Positions 1-9,486 of a stretch of DNA of 46,947 bases are shown piece by piece. This DNA is from Verrucomicrobiota bacterium (GTDB taxonomy: Bacteria; Verrucomicrobiota; Verrucomicrobiia; Limisphaerales; UBA9464): contig JAPLUF010000290.1 in assembly GCA_026397755.1 (NCBI GenBank), positions 1 to 46,947 on the forward strand, given 5' to 3'. The notes under the pieces were generated by a model that had not been told where the DNA came from, made no database searches, and saw only the letters and a list, made by a program, of their open reading frames with translations. A program made the position numbers and the translations under genes. The first letter of the stretch is position 1, and every line of letters begins with the position of its first letter.

Positions 1-53
1 CCCAAGGCGGCCAGCAGCACTGCGAGGCGTTGGACGATGACGAAGACAATCAT
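1..53 (-). CDS. Possible 5' end of a membrane protein running off the left edge (MIVFVIVQRLAVLLAALG...)
   Basis: Minus-strand ATG at 53 followed by an open hydrophobic stretch, co-oriented with the dehydratase; only 17 complete codons visible. Confidence 0.3.
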   Translation of the reverse strand, partial: MIVFVIVQRLAVLLAAL

Positions 54-119
54 CCAGCAGCTCAGTGCGGCGAAGAGCAGGGGGGTCGAGAGGGTTTTGG
101 GCCTCTCGGTCGAAGCGGT

Positions 120-1655
120 TCAGAAGACCGGGCCCAAGGGCCAGGGGGCGAACTCCTCGTCGCCAATGCCAGCGTGCTCGCTCTTGGTGCGCTCACCATT
201 GGCCGCCGACAGGATGGCTTCAAAGATGCGTTCGCCCACTTGGGGAATTGTTTCCTCGCCATCCAGAATCGTGCCGGCATTGAGGTCGATGTCGCCTTCC
301 ATCCAGCGGTAGAGCGGTGTATGCGTGGAAACCTTGATGCAGGGAGCCGGTTTGCAGCCGTACACACTGCCGCGACCCGTGGTGAATACCCCGACCGTGC
401 AGCCTCCGGCCACCAATCCCGTCATGCTCACCGGGTCGTAGCCGGGCGTATCCATGAAGCACAGGCCAGGCCCTGTGATCGTCTGGGCATAGTGCAGCAC
501 CGACATGAGCGGGGCTTGGCCGCCTTTGGCCACGGCGCCGAGGCTCTTTTCGAAGATGGTCGTCAGGCCGCCCTCTTTGTTGCCGGCCGAGGGGTTGTTG
601 CTAATGGAGGCTCCGTGCTTCCGGGCGTGGTCTTCCCACCAGCGAATTCGTTCGAGCAGCGCATCGCACACCTCTCGGCTCACCGCGCGACGGGTGAGCA
701 GGTGTTCGGCGCCATAAATTTCTGGAGTCTCGGCCAAGACCGTCGTGCCGCCGTGGCGGATAATTTGGTCGGAAGCCCATCCCAGTGCCGGGTTGGCGGT
801 GATCCCACTGTGGCCATCGGAGCCACCGCAGTTCAGCGCCACGATGAGTCGACTCAAGGGCTGTGTGGATCGGCGCTGAGCGTTGACCGCAGGCAATAAA
901 CCGCTCACGGCTTTCACGGCGTCTTCTACCGTACGGCTGATGCCGCCCTGCTGCTGGATGTTGAGGACCAGCGGGGGTTCGCTGCCAGTCTCAGACTGAT
1001 CTAATCCGTGTCGGCGCACCATGGCTGCGGCCTGATTAGTCTCGCAGCCCAATCCGATAATGACGTAGGCGCCGATATTGGGATGGCGGGCGATTCCAAC
1101 GAGCACTCGCTGGAGAATTTCCGTGCCTTCATCGGCGGTGGCGCAGCCGGCCTTGTGGGTGAAGGCCACGACGCCGTCGATGCCGGGGAAGTCGCGCCGC
1201 AGCGCCTCAGGGGTGAAGCGTCGGGCCACGAATTGCGAGACACTGGCCGAACAGTTTACCGACGAAATCACTGCCACGTAGTTCCGCGTGCCGGCGCGGC
1301 CGCCCGGGCGAGTGAAGCCTTGGAAGGTGCGCCGTTCCGACTCGGGCAGGAGCAGCCATGGGGCGGTGGGTTCTAGAAAATGGTCGCCCGTGGCCAATTC
1401 ACCGGTATCCACATTGTGCACATGCACGTGGGTCCCGGCCGGGATGTCCATCGAAGCCCGTCCGATGAATTGCCCGTACTTGCGGATCGGGGACCCTTTC
1501 GCGAGCGGCCGAAGCGCCACCTTGTGGGCAGCCGGGATTGAGCCTTGGAAGGTGAGTTCACCCGCACTCTCGCCAGCGAGCAGGCGGCGGCGGACCACGG
1601 CGACATCGTCGTCCGGGTGGAGTCGGATTAAGGCATCGGCAGCAGAGAGGCTCAT
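120..1655 (-). CDS. uxaA: UxaA/GarD-family sugar-acid (altronate/galactarate) dehydratase with N-terminal SAF domain
   Basis: SAF-like LHPDDDVAV...HKVAL...KYGQFIG...HVHVHN; family motifs GTRNY, SVNCS, GLGCE, CGGSDG.SG..ANP..G, NPSAGNKEGGLTT..EKSLG, FTTGRG; ATG at 1655 preferred over TTG at 1670; substrate cannot be determined. Confidence 0.85.
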   Translation of the reverse strand: MSLSAADALIRLHPDDDVAVVRRRLLAGESAGELTFQGSIPAAHKVALRPLAKGSPIRKYGQFIGRASMDIPAGTHVHVHNVDTGELATGDHFLEPTAPWLLLPESERRTFQGFTRPGGRAGTRNYVAVISSVNCSASVSQFVARRFTPEALRRDFPGIDGVVAFTHKAGCATADEGTEILQRVLVGIARHPNIGAYVIIGLGCETNQAAAMVRRHGLDQSETGSEPPLVLNIQQQGGISRTVEDAVKAVSGLLPAVNAQRRSTQPLSRLIVALNCGGSDGHSGITANPALGWASDQIIRHGGTTVLAETPEIYGAEHLLTRRAVSREVCDALLERIRWWEDHARKHGASISNNPSAGNKEGGLTTIFEKSLGAVAKGGQAPLMSVLHYAQTITGPGLCFMDTPGYDPVSMTGLVAGGCTVGVFTTGRGSVYGCKPAPCIKVSTHTPLYRWMEGDIDLNAGTILDGEETIPQVGERIFEAILSAANGERTKSEHAGIGDEEFAPWPLGPVF

Positions 1656-1698
1656 GGTGATTGGAAGCAAAACTGCGCTCGACTGACCGTGGGTTCCA

Positions 1699-1724
1699 GA
1701 CTGTTTGTTGGGACTGTTTGTTGG
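1699..1724. repeat. Perfect 13-bp tandem direct repeat (GACTGTTTGTTGG x2) upstream of the dehydratase
   Basis: 1699-1711 and 1712-1724 are identical; 44-69 bp upstream of the ATG at 1655. Confidence 0.8.
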
Positions 1725-1751
1725 GCGGCTTGGGTGTTGGCCTGCCCGAGT

Positions 1752-4700
1752 TCATAGACCCGCCGGCACGAGTACTCGGTAGGATCGGCGTTCGCTCGAG
1801 AGGGGTTCTGTGCGCTCGATTGTTCGGGCATTGGGCAGGGCAGGTACCTCCAGCAGGCTCGACCAGACTCCGAGTTCGAGCGCCTCCGACACTTGCAGCG
1901 AGTAGCGTTGATTGACCAACGCTGGAAAGCGGAGCCGCAGTCCGGTGGGGGTGAGTTCAGCGCTCAAACGCAAACCCTCCGCCGGTCCGCCGGAACCAGG
2001 GCTGCCTCCAAGAAGGCTCCCAACGCGCCACTGAGTCTTGTCGCTCCAGCGATCAGGGCTGGCTTGTTCATCGACGACTTCCATGGAAAAGCCACCGCCA
2101 TCCGCGGCCGGAAACCAGTCCTTGAATCCGAAGTCCAAGATCTCCTCGCCCTGAGCATCCAGTAGTCGGAGCCGTTCTCCACCGTTGTCGAGGCGGCCGA
2201 CATATTGGCCGGCCACCGGCACACCTGCTCCGTACCGAGCGGTGAAGGCGGTGGCGTTGGCGACGATCACCACGCGTGCGCCCGGGTCCAATCGCTTCAC
2301 TGTGCTGGTGGAGAAGTCGAAGTCCACGCCATCGACCAGCCGGATGCCGGCGAGATCGAGTGACTCGCTGGGCGAGAGGTTGCGCAGCTCCAGAAACTCC
2401 AACTCATCGGGCAGAGACGAACCCACGGGACCGGCCGGCGGATTGAAATGGATCTCGGTGATTCGCAGCCAGCGTTGCGCGGCGCTGGGGTCGCCGGCGT
2501 AGGTGAGTTGGTGCGCGGTCTTGCCCCGGGGATTGAGCAGCGTGAGCGTTTCGCCGCGGGCTGAGAGTTGGCCAGAATACGGGCCCACCACGAAGAGTCC
2601 CTGACCTCCGCGCGGTCCGGTGGTGCGAGCGCGGAACTGGCGGACGTCGGGGCTGACGTACACCACGCTGTTGGAGGGGAGCACCGTGCCCGGATGGAAG
2701 GTGAACTCGACGGCACCGTCGAGCTTCCAACCGCTCAAGTCCAAGGCGAGGCCCGACCGGTTGGTGAGCACCAGGAACTCGTGCGCCTGGTTGCCTGAAA
2801 CTGGGTTGAATTCTACGTCCAGGATTTCAGGGGCCGCGTCTTCCGGTTGCGTCAGGGGGATGCCGGCGTTGTTGGAATTATTAATGCCAATGGTCCGGGC
2901 GGTGTTGGTGACGCAGTGGGTGAGGTACCAGTGGCGTCGACGCGGTTCGATGAATTGGTTGAGCAAGTCGCCGACGCCTGCGGTGAAGGTCTTGTTGCCG
3001 GCCCACGGTGAAGCGCCCCATTTCACGCGATCCAGCAGCGCCTCTGGACCAATGAGGTTGGTCAGGGCGACCACGCGGTTCTCGAGGATCCGTTTCTCAA
3101 AAGGCGTTCCCGGCGGCTGGACCAGCAAGTCGAGAATGGAGCGTTGACGGCGCAGGAGCATCTGGCGCGTTTCGGGCAGTCGAACAATCACGTCATAGAG
3201 GCGGTTGAAGTTGCCGCCGGTGCTGGAGCCTCCGTACAGCGGGTGACTCTTGGATCCATCCACCGTGGCCTCCAGCGGGTTGCTGCCGCCGTAGAGCTGT
3301 CCCCACGACGCATTCATGTCGAAGGGGATATTGCGCCAAAGCCCGTCCCCGAAGGTGTCGCGGTAGAGGCTCATGTTGGCCCACACGTCGTCGTTCTCAG
3401 CGCACCATCGGGTGCCGGCCAAGTGGTTGATAACCTGGGGCACATCGAGCAAGTCGAACACCGTGTTGCGCCGCGTCGTCAGCGGGGACGTTTCGCGGAT
3501 ACCGTTGGCCAGTTGCAAATAATCGGTGCGGCTGGGGTCGTTGTCGGGCTCGAGTTTCTGGAAGACGCCGGTGCTGGAAAAGTCCGGGGTCAGGTTGCCC
3601 ACGGCCTTGTAGAGGGCGCCCCGCGGGTCGTAGCCCATGCGCTCCACTTGTTCTTGGCCGATGACATCGTTGTGGAAGGCCAGTTGATAGAACTGACCAT
3701 TTAAGTGGACCCGCACCGGGTAGTGGAATGGGGAGGGGACTCCGAGTTGCTCCAGGAACCAGAAGCAGAGGCTCTGGCGCAAGTAGGCTGGGTCGAGGTA
3801 TTCGGCCAAGAGCGCCGACTTGCGGACACTCCCGCCGGGTCCGGGATGACGGAGTTCGTACCCTCGGTTGAACTCCAGGCGATGCGACTTCTTGTTCAAT
3901 CCAGCCGAGGTGTTTCCGCGCAATTCCATGTAGGCGTTGTCGTAGAGTTCGCCGTCGTGGAAGAGGGCGATCCGACCACCGGACTCGGTGTCGATGCCGG
4001 CCAGTTGATTGGGTGCAATGAAGAGGTGGAAGACCGGCAGCTGAGTTACGAAATTGGTGGGTTGGACGAGGGTGCCGAGGTATTCCGGGGAGGTGGTTGC
4101 GCTGGGAAAGAGCGGCCAGCGGGACGTGGCGCCGAGGGTGTCCGTGGCCACGATCCGGTAGCGGATCATTTGCCCTGGCGAGGCCAAGTCGGCGGGCAAG
4201 GTCGCCGCGTAGACGCCATCCCCGGCGGCGCCGTCTCCGTGGGCACCGTCATCCCACATCGGGATCCCGGTCTCCGCGCCGAAGAGGATGCGGTAGCGCA
4301 GCGTGACACTCGACACCGGTTGGAAGGTGTTGCGGACCCGGGTTGTGACGCGGAGGTCTTCGGTGTCGGTGGGGACCTTGGGTGTGTGCAGGACCTCCCC
4401 AATGAGGGGTCCCGGCAGGGCGGTGCCCCCCAGGTTGGCAGAACCGGGTGTGGGTCGCGTGAAGTAGACGCCAGAAGGTCCCCGATCCCAGGAATTGCCC
4501 TGAGGTACCTGGACAACTCCATGCGAGAGATCGGGAACTTGCGGTGGATAGGTCGCTTTGAACTCGCTGGCGATGTTCGTGCCGTCCGGACGTACCAACG
4601 CCAAGTATTCACCGCCCGCGGCGAGTTGGAAATTGGTGTGGAGGCGGGATCCCGGAGTCCGTCGGTCGGCACCTGAGGCGAAGACCACTAGGAATCCGCC

Positions 4701-6170
4701 GGCCGCCAGATTAGTTTCGGGAAACCGCCACTTAGTCAGGTTGCCGGCGTCATCCGTGAGCGACCATCCGCGCAAGTTGAGGGGAGCCTCCGCAGGGTTG
4801 AAGAGTTCGATCCAATCCACGTACTGCCCGGTCTCGTCCTTGAGGGTGCGCGTATTGGAAGCCATGAACTCGCTCAAGTACGGCGCAGTCTCGGAGGCGT
4901 CGGGGTCCAGTCGCACGATCCACGGCAGACCTGCGAAAGTATTGGGTGATGAGGCTAGGTCGTTAATGCCATGAACGAGGGTCCAAGCGAACTGCACTGG
5001 CCCGACCGGTGGAGCAGGGAAACTAAAGCGGAACTGGCTTCCGCTCAGGGCGATGACCGCTGTTGCGGGCACACCATTGATGAGCAAATCGGATGCCTCC
5101 ACGCCCGTCACCGGTTCACTGAAGAGGACGGAGAGCGAATCCAGAGATCTCACTGTGGCTCCCGAAGCGGGAAGCAATCCGGTGAGGGTCGGCGGTGTGT
5201 GATCCACCAACCGGTAGGTCCCCCCTCCGTTGCCTGTGACTGCCGGGTCGAAGCGGTTGGGCGGCTCGGCTTGATCCTCTAAAGCGAGTCGGGGATCCCA
5301 CTCGACGGTGACCGCTCCGTAGGTCGGTTGGGTGAATTCGAAACGGTAGGAGGTTGGAGTGGTGGCCGTGACCGATTTGGCTCCGATGCCGTTGACCAGC
5401 AGGTGCGCCGCCACCACTCCGGTGACAGGTTCGCTGAAGGTCACTGTCAATGCGGTGAACGTCTCGACCGTCGAACCGGGGACGGGATCCATGCGGAGCA
5501 CCGTCGGTGCTACCGAGTCTTTCTGGATGGCCTCCAGCGAGGCATCAAAGCCCAAATCACTGCTGCCGAGGCTGCTCTGGAAAACTTGGATTGCGAGGAC
5601 ATTGGTCCCGGCCTGCAGGTACAGGACCGGATCTGGTAGGGTGTATTCCGTGAAGGCAACGGGTTCTGCGGCGTTGTCGGCCAGGGTTGCCAAGCCTACC
5701 GCATCGCCAGAGGCACCCGGCACGTTTACCCGAAGCACCTCGGTGCCATTAATCCAAGCCACGAAGCCATCATCGACCAGCGCTCCGAGTCGGAGGGCGC
5801 TCACTTCGGTGATGGTCTGCACGACGAACGGGCAGCGCAGGAAGAGCGACCCGTAGACATTTTGCATGCCGCTGATCTGGGTGCCGCCCGGAAGAATATC
5901 GCCGTACCAGAAGGGGGCTGGAGCCGACGCGAACTGAGTCTCCTTGAACTCTACGGTGCGCCACGCCGTGACCGGAGCCGAGGCCTCGTTGGTTCCCGGT
6001 CGCCAACGCCAGGTTGCGCCGGTGGGAATCAGGGTCTCGGCCTGGAGATTGAGGCTGATTTGTGGGGCCAATCCGACCCAAAGAACGATGAACAACCACT
6101 GAACGACCCCGTCGAGTTTTCGGGGCCGAGGTCTGCTAGGGATCACTTGCAGACAGTTCTCCGGGGTCAT
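1752..6170 (-). CDS. Large secreted CotH-kinase-family protein with lamin-tail domains, Ig-like repeats, a choice-of-anchor-X-like motif and a C-terminal sorting-like domain
   Basis: Hydrophobic N-terminal segment; lamin-tail motifs SEFMASN..DWIELFN and ITEIHFNP..EFLELRN; CotH motifs LRGNTS, NMSLYRD, IPFDMNASWG; two 'D..PT.....P..G..V......V.FSEPVTGV' Ig-like repeats; MWDDGAHGDGAAGDGVY. Confidence 0.85.
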   Translation of the reverse strand: MTPENCLQVIPSRPRPRKLDGVVQWLFIVLWVGLAPQISLNLQAETLIPTGATWRWRPGTNEASAPVTAWRTVEFKETQFASAPAPFWYGDILPGGTQISGMQNVYGSLFLRCPFVVQTITEVSALRLGALVDDGFVAWINGTEVLRVNVPGASGDAVGLATLADNAAEPVAFTEYTLPDPVLYLQAGTNVLAIQVFQSSLGSSDLGFDASLEAIQKDSVAPTVLRMDPVPGSTVETFTALTVTFSEPVTGVVAAHLLVNGIGAKSVTATTPTSYRFEFTQPTYGAVTVEWDPRLALEDQAEPPNRFDPAVTGNGGGTYRLVDHTPPTLTGLLPASGATVRSLDSLSVLFSEPVTGVEASDLLINGVPATAVIALSGSQFRFSFPAPPVGPVQFAWTLVHGINDLASSPNTFAGLPWIVRLDPDASETAPYLSEFMASNTRTLKDETGQYVDWIELFNPAEAPLNLRGWSLTDDAGNLTKWRFPETNLAAGGFLVVFASGADRRTPGSRLHTNFQLAAGGEYLALVRPDGTNIASEFKATYPPQVPDLSHGVVQVPQGNSWDRGPSGVYFTRPTPGSANLGGTALPGPLIGEVLHTPKVPTDTEDLRVTTRVRNTFQPVSSVTLRYRILFGAETGIPMWDDGAHGDGAAGDGVYAATLPADLASPGQMIRYRIVATDTLGATSRWPLFPSATTSPEYLGTLVQPTNFVTQLPVFHLFIAPNQLAGIDTESGGRIALFHDGELYDNAYMELRGNTSAGLNKKSHRLEFNRGYELRHPGPGGSVRKSALLAEYLDPAYLRQSLCFWFLEQLGVPSPFHYPVRVHLNGQFYQLAFHNDVIGQEQVERMGYDPRGALYKAVGNLTPDFSSTGVFQKLEPDNDPSRTDYLQLANGIRETSPLTTRRNTVFDLLDVPQVINHLAGTRWCAENDDVWANMSLYRDTFGDGLWRNIPFDMNASWGQLYGGSNPLEATVDGSKSHPLYGGSSTGGNFNRLYDVIVRLPETRQMLLRRQRSILDLLVQPPGTPFEKRILENRVVALTNLIGPEALLDRVKWGASPWAGNKTFTAGVGDLLNQFIEPRRRHWYLTHCVTNTARTIGINNSNNAGIPLTQPEDAAPEILDVEFNPVSGNQAHEFLVLTNRSGLALDLSGWKLDGAVEFTFHPGTVLPSNSVVYVSPDVRQFRARTTGPRGGQGLFVVGPYSGQLSARGETLTLLNPRGKTAHQLTYAGDPSAAQRWLRITEIHFNPPAGPVGSSLPDELEFLELRNLSPSESLDLAGIRLVDGVDFDFSTSTVKRLDPGARVVIVANATAFTARYGAGVPVAGQYVGRLDNGGERLRLLDAQGEEILDFGFKDWFPAADGGGFSMEVVDEQASPDRWSDKTQWRVGSLLGGSPGSGGPAEGLRLSAELTPTGLRLRFPALVNQRYSLQVSEALELGVWSSLLEVPALPNARTIERTEPLSSERRSYRVLVPAGL

Positions 6171-6246
6171 TCCAAAAGGCTAGGAGGACCCGGTAGGATC
6201 AACAAGCGTGCAGGCCCTGAGACTCCAGGGTCGGTGGGGTTAACTC

Positions 6247-7065
6247 TCATTCAAAGTGCGGCTCGTTGTCGCGGTTCCAGAAACGGGCCACGGCCTTGCG
6301 TTGGGCGGGGTCTTTATGGAGTTGGCCGATGATGTCCAATCGGCGCTTGGATTCGGCATGGCCGTCGCAGAAGACCAGGGATGTGCGGCCAGCGTGGATC
6401 TCCAGCGGCCATTGGCGCTCCTCGTACATGCCGATGAATCCGCTCCAGTCGCGGTCGCCCTTCTTCTTCACGTCCCAGTTGCTGTCGCCGAAAGAAATCA
6501 TCTCGGAGGGGTTCTTGACCGAGGCTTCTTTGGTTTCACCCCAGACCGGATCCCCGAGGTACACGCCGAGCCCGGTGTTGGGTGTCAGCCCGGCGAAGGC
6601 GCCCCAGACGTTGTAGCCGTAGCTCATGAAGAAAGTGCCTCCTGGGCGCAGGCGCACTTCGTCCTTCAGGTAGCCCAGCTTGGCCGGGGCCCCGCTGCCG
6701 AACTTCGGAACCCATTGCGACTGCTGGGGTGCGGCCGGGCACCGGAAAATATCGGTGTTCTGACCGCCATACATGCTGCTGCGGAGCAGGGCTGGCCAGA
6801 TCCAGGCGGCCCCGTCGCCGCCGTCGATGCCCACCGGATACACCCCGTGGTCCATAATGTAGGTGATCGTCGCCAGGCCCATTTGGCGCAAATTGCTAAT
6901 GCATTTCACGCCGTTGGCCTTGGCCTTGGCCTTCGAGAGCGCCGGTAAGAGCATCCCGGCCAAGATGGCGATGATGGCGATGACCACCAGCAGTTCAATG
7001 AGGGTGAAACCGGTGGCACCGTGGGCTCGGTGACCGGTCCGTTGGTTCAGGGTTTTCGGATGCAT
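6247..7065 (-). CDS. Prepilin-type N-terminal cleavage/methylation protein with H-X9-DG motif (DUF1559-like)
   Basis: G|[24 protein letters not shown]; C.SNLRQ; SYGYN; [13 protein letters not shown] is an exact H-X9-DG. Confidence 0.9.
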   Translation of the reverse strand: MHPKTLNQRTGHRAHGATGFTLIELLVVIAIIAILAGMLLPALSKAKAKANGVKCISNLRQMGLATITYIMDHGVYPVGIDGGDGAAWIWPALLRSSMYGGQNTDIFRCPAAPQQSQWVPKFGSGAPAKLGYLKDEVRLRPGGTFFMSYGYNVWGAFAGLTPNTGLGVYLGDPVWGETKEASVKNPSEMISFGDSNWDVKKKGDRDWSGFIGMYEERQWPLEIHAGRTSLVFCDGHAESKRRLDIIGQLHKDPAQRKAVARFWNRDNEPHFE

Positions 7066-7431
7066 GGGGTGCGTGGGGAGAATTTTTCCGGGGAATGGAA
7101 CTGCTCTATCAGGCGTTGGCGATCCACGGAAGGGGAATCACCGATTGGTTTCTCCCCCGCGACACACCGGCGGCGGCGGGGCTGGACCGCAGCGAGCATC
7201 GGATCGCAGCACCCCAATCCCCATCGTGCGTCAGCGCGAAAGCCCCTGCCTTCCGAACGATCCCTGCGAGCGTAGGTCCAACCCCGCGGAGCCATTCCAA
7301 GACTGCACCTCCTCCACCGTGGATTGCCGTTTCCGGGCCGCCCCCGCAGCCGGTGCGGGCAATTTGATCCTCCTGTAACCCCTCGCCTCCGGGCTTTCCG
7401 GCGGTAGGGCTGCTGAGCTAACCTCAGGTCC

Positions 7432-8787
7432 ATGTTCGACTCCCTGAGTGGCAAATTGCAGAACGTCTTCCGCAACCTGCGCGGACTAGGGAAGATTTCC
7501 GAGGGCAACGTGTCGGAGTCCCTGCGCGATGTGCGCATGGCGCTGCTGGAGGCCGACGTGCACTTCAAGGTTGCCAAGGATTTCATCGAATCGATCAAGG
7601 CTAAGGCCCTGGGAGAAGAAGTCGTTCAGTCGGTCCACCCAGGCCAGCAGATGATTAAGATCATCAGCGATGAGTTGGTCACTCTGCTGGGATCGCAAAA
7701 CCAGGGGCTTCACCTCACCGGAAACCCGGCCTGCATTTTGATGTGCGGTCTCCACGGCTCGGGCAAGACCACCAGTTCCGGCAAGCTGGCCAAACTGCTG
7801 CTGAAGCAAGGGAAGCTGCCGTTGCTTGTGGCCGCTGATGTGTATCGTCCGGCCGCCATGGACCAATTGGCTACTCTTGGCGCGCAAATTGGTGTGCCGG
7901 TCTTCGTGATGAAGGGAGAGACCGACGTGATTAAGATCGCCCGGGAGGCGCTCGAATACGCGGCGGGTCACCAGTGCAACACGGTCATCTTTGATACCGC
8001 AGGGCGTCTTCAAATCGACGAAAACTTAGTCCAGGAACTGGTGCGTCTGCGTGATCTCATCAAACCGGCCGAGACCCTGCTGGTCCTCGACGCGGCCACG
8101 GGCCAAGAGGCCGTCAGCGTGGCCACCCATTTCGACAAGGCCCTCAATATCACGGGTGCCATTCTGAGCAAGCTCGATGGTGACGCCCGCGGTGGTGCGG
8201 CTCTGTCCTTCCGACACGTGGTGGGCAAGCCCATCAAGTTCATGGGCGTCGGCGAGAAGTTGGACGATCTCGAGCTGTTCCATCCCGAGCGCATGGCCCA
8301 GCGCATCCTGGGCATGGGCGATGTCGTCACGCTGGTCGAGAAGGCGATCGATCGTATCGATGCCTCCAAGGCGATGGATCTTGAGGAGAAGATGCGCAAG
8401 GGTCAGTTCACCCTGGATGACTTCCTCATGCAGCTCCGCGAGATGAAGAAACTTGGGCCGCTTCAGGACATCGTTGGCCTGCTGCCTGGGGGTTCGGAGA
8501 TGCTCAAGAACACGGATCTCTCCAAGAGTGAAAAGGACTTCAAGCGCATGGAGGGCATCTTGTGCGGCATGACGTGTCAGGAGCGTGGTTCTCCCCAAAT
8601 TCTCAACGCCCGGCGTCGTCAGCGTATTGCCAAGGGATCGGGGGTCACCGTCACCGAAGTGAACAACCTGCTCAAGCGCTTCGATGAGATGCGGGACATG
8701 ATGCGCAAGATGGGCAAGTTCCAGAAGATGATGACTAAGATGGGCGGGGCCGGCGGACTCATGGGCAAGATGCCCTTTGGGCGCTGA
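7432..8787 (+). CDS. ffh: Signal recognition particle protein Ffh
   Basis: ALLEADV, GxxGSGKTT, DVYRPAA, DTAGR, KLDGDARGGA, FHPERMAQRILGMGD, Met-rich M domain with RRQRIAKGSG. Confidence 0.97.
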   Translation: MFDSLSGKLQNVFRNLRGLGKISEGNVSESLRDVRMALLEADVHFKVAKDFIESIKAKALGEEVVQSVHPGQQMIKIISDELVTLLGSQNQGLHLTGNPACILMCGLHGSGKTTSSGKLAKLLLKQGKLPLLVAADVYRPAAMDQLATLGAQIGVPVFVMKGETDVIKIAREALEYAAGHQCNTVIFDTAGRLQIDENLVQELVRLRDLIKPAETLLVLDAATGQEAVSVATHFDKALNITGAILSKLDGDARGGAALSFRHVVGKPIKFMGVGEKLDDLELFHPERMAQRILGMGDVVTLVEKAIDRIDASKAMDLEEKMRKGQFTLDDFLMQLREMKKLGPLQDIVGLLPGGSEMLKNTDLSKSEKDFKRMEGILCGMTCQERGSPQILNARRRQRIAKGSGVTVTEVNNLLKRFDEMRDMMRKMGKFQKMMTKMGGAGGLMGKMPFGR

Positions 8788-8817
8788 GGTTTGCTGAGGC
8801 TCATTCCGGATTCGGCG

Positions 8818-9486
8818 TCAGCCGACCGATGCGGTTTCCTGAAAGAGGTCAGAAACGGCCGACCAGACGGCCTCTTCGACGCATTCTAACAATCCGCCGG
8901 CATCGACGTGTCGCCAGCGATCGGGCTCCGCGTGGAATGCCTCTCGGAAGCCTTGGGCCACCCGGGCGAAGAAGGCTTCCTGCTCTTCGTCGAAGCGGTC
9001 GGAGGGTTCGCTCGTCGCCTGCGCGGCCTGGCGTCCGGCCAAACGGGTTCGGGCGATTTCCGGGGCCACATCCAGCCAGAGTGTTCGATCCGGTCGCAGA
9101 CCTCCCACGGCCAGTTGGATCACCGACTGGACGGCTGCCAGATCCAGTCCGCGTCCAAACCCTTGATAGGCGACGGTCGAGTCGTAGAAGCGGTCGCAAA
9201 GGACGATTTGGCCCGACCGCAGCGCCGGAAGGATTCGCTGTTGCACCAATTCGGCGCGGCTCGCGTTCATGAGCAGCAATTCCGTTTCGGCAGACATGCT
9301 CCGACCATCCGGATCGTGCTTGAGCAAGTGGCGGATTTTTTCACCCAGCGGTGTCCCACCAGGTTCCCGAAGTTCCAGAACCGATCGCCCTTGGCGGCGC
9401 AAGCGTTCGGCCAAGCGGGCAATTTGCGTGGACTTCCCGGCGGCCTCGCCGCCCTCGAGCGTGATGAAGCGACCCGGATGACTCAC
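8818..9486 (-). CDS. tmk: Thymidylate kinase
   Basis: FITLEGGEAAGKSTQ P-loop, REPGGT, LCDRFYDSTVAYQG; GTG start overlaps the upstream TGA (GTGA). Confidence 0.95.
   Translation of the reverse strand: MSHPGRFITLEGGEAAGKSTQIARLAERLRRQGRSVLELREPGGTPLGEKIRHLLKHDPDGRSMSAETELLLMNASRAELVQQRILPALRSGQIVLCDRFYDSTVAYQGFGRGLDLAAVQSVIQLAVGGLRPDRTLWLDVAPEIARTRLAGRQAAQATSEPSDRFDEEQEAFFARVAQGFREAFHAEPDRWRHVDAGGLLECVEEAVWSAVSDLFQETASVG

Noticed and set aside
7066-7431. Possible SRP RNA (ffs) upstream of ffh
   Set aside because: I could not find the conserved helix-8 motif (CAGG..GNRA..AGCAG) on either strand; the ORFs here look spurious
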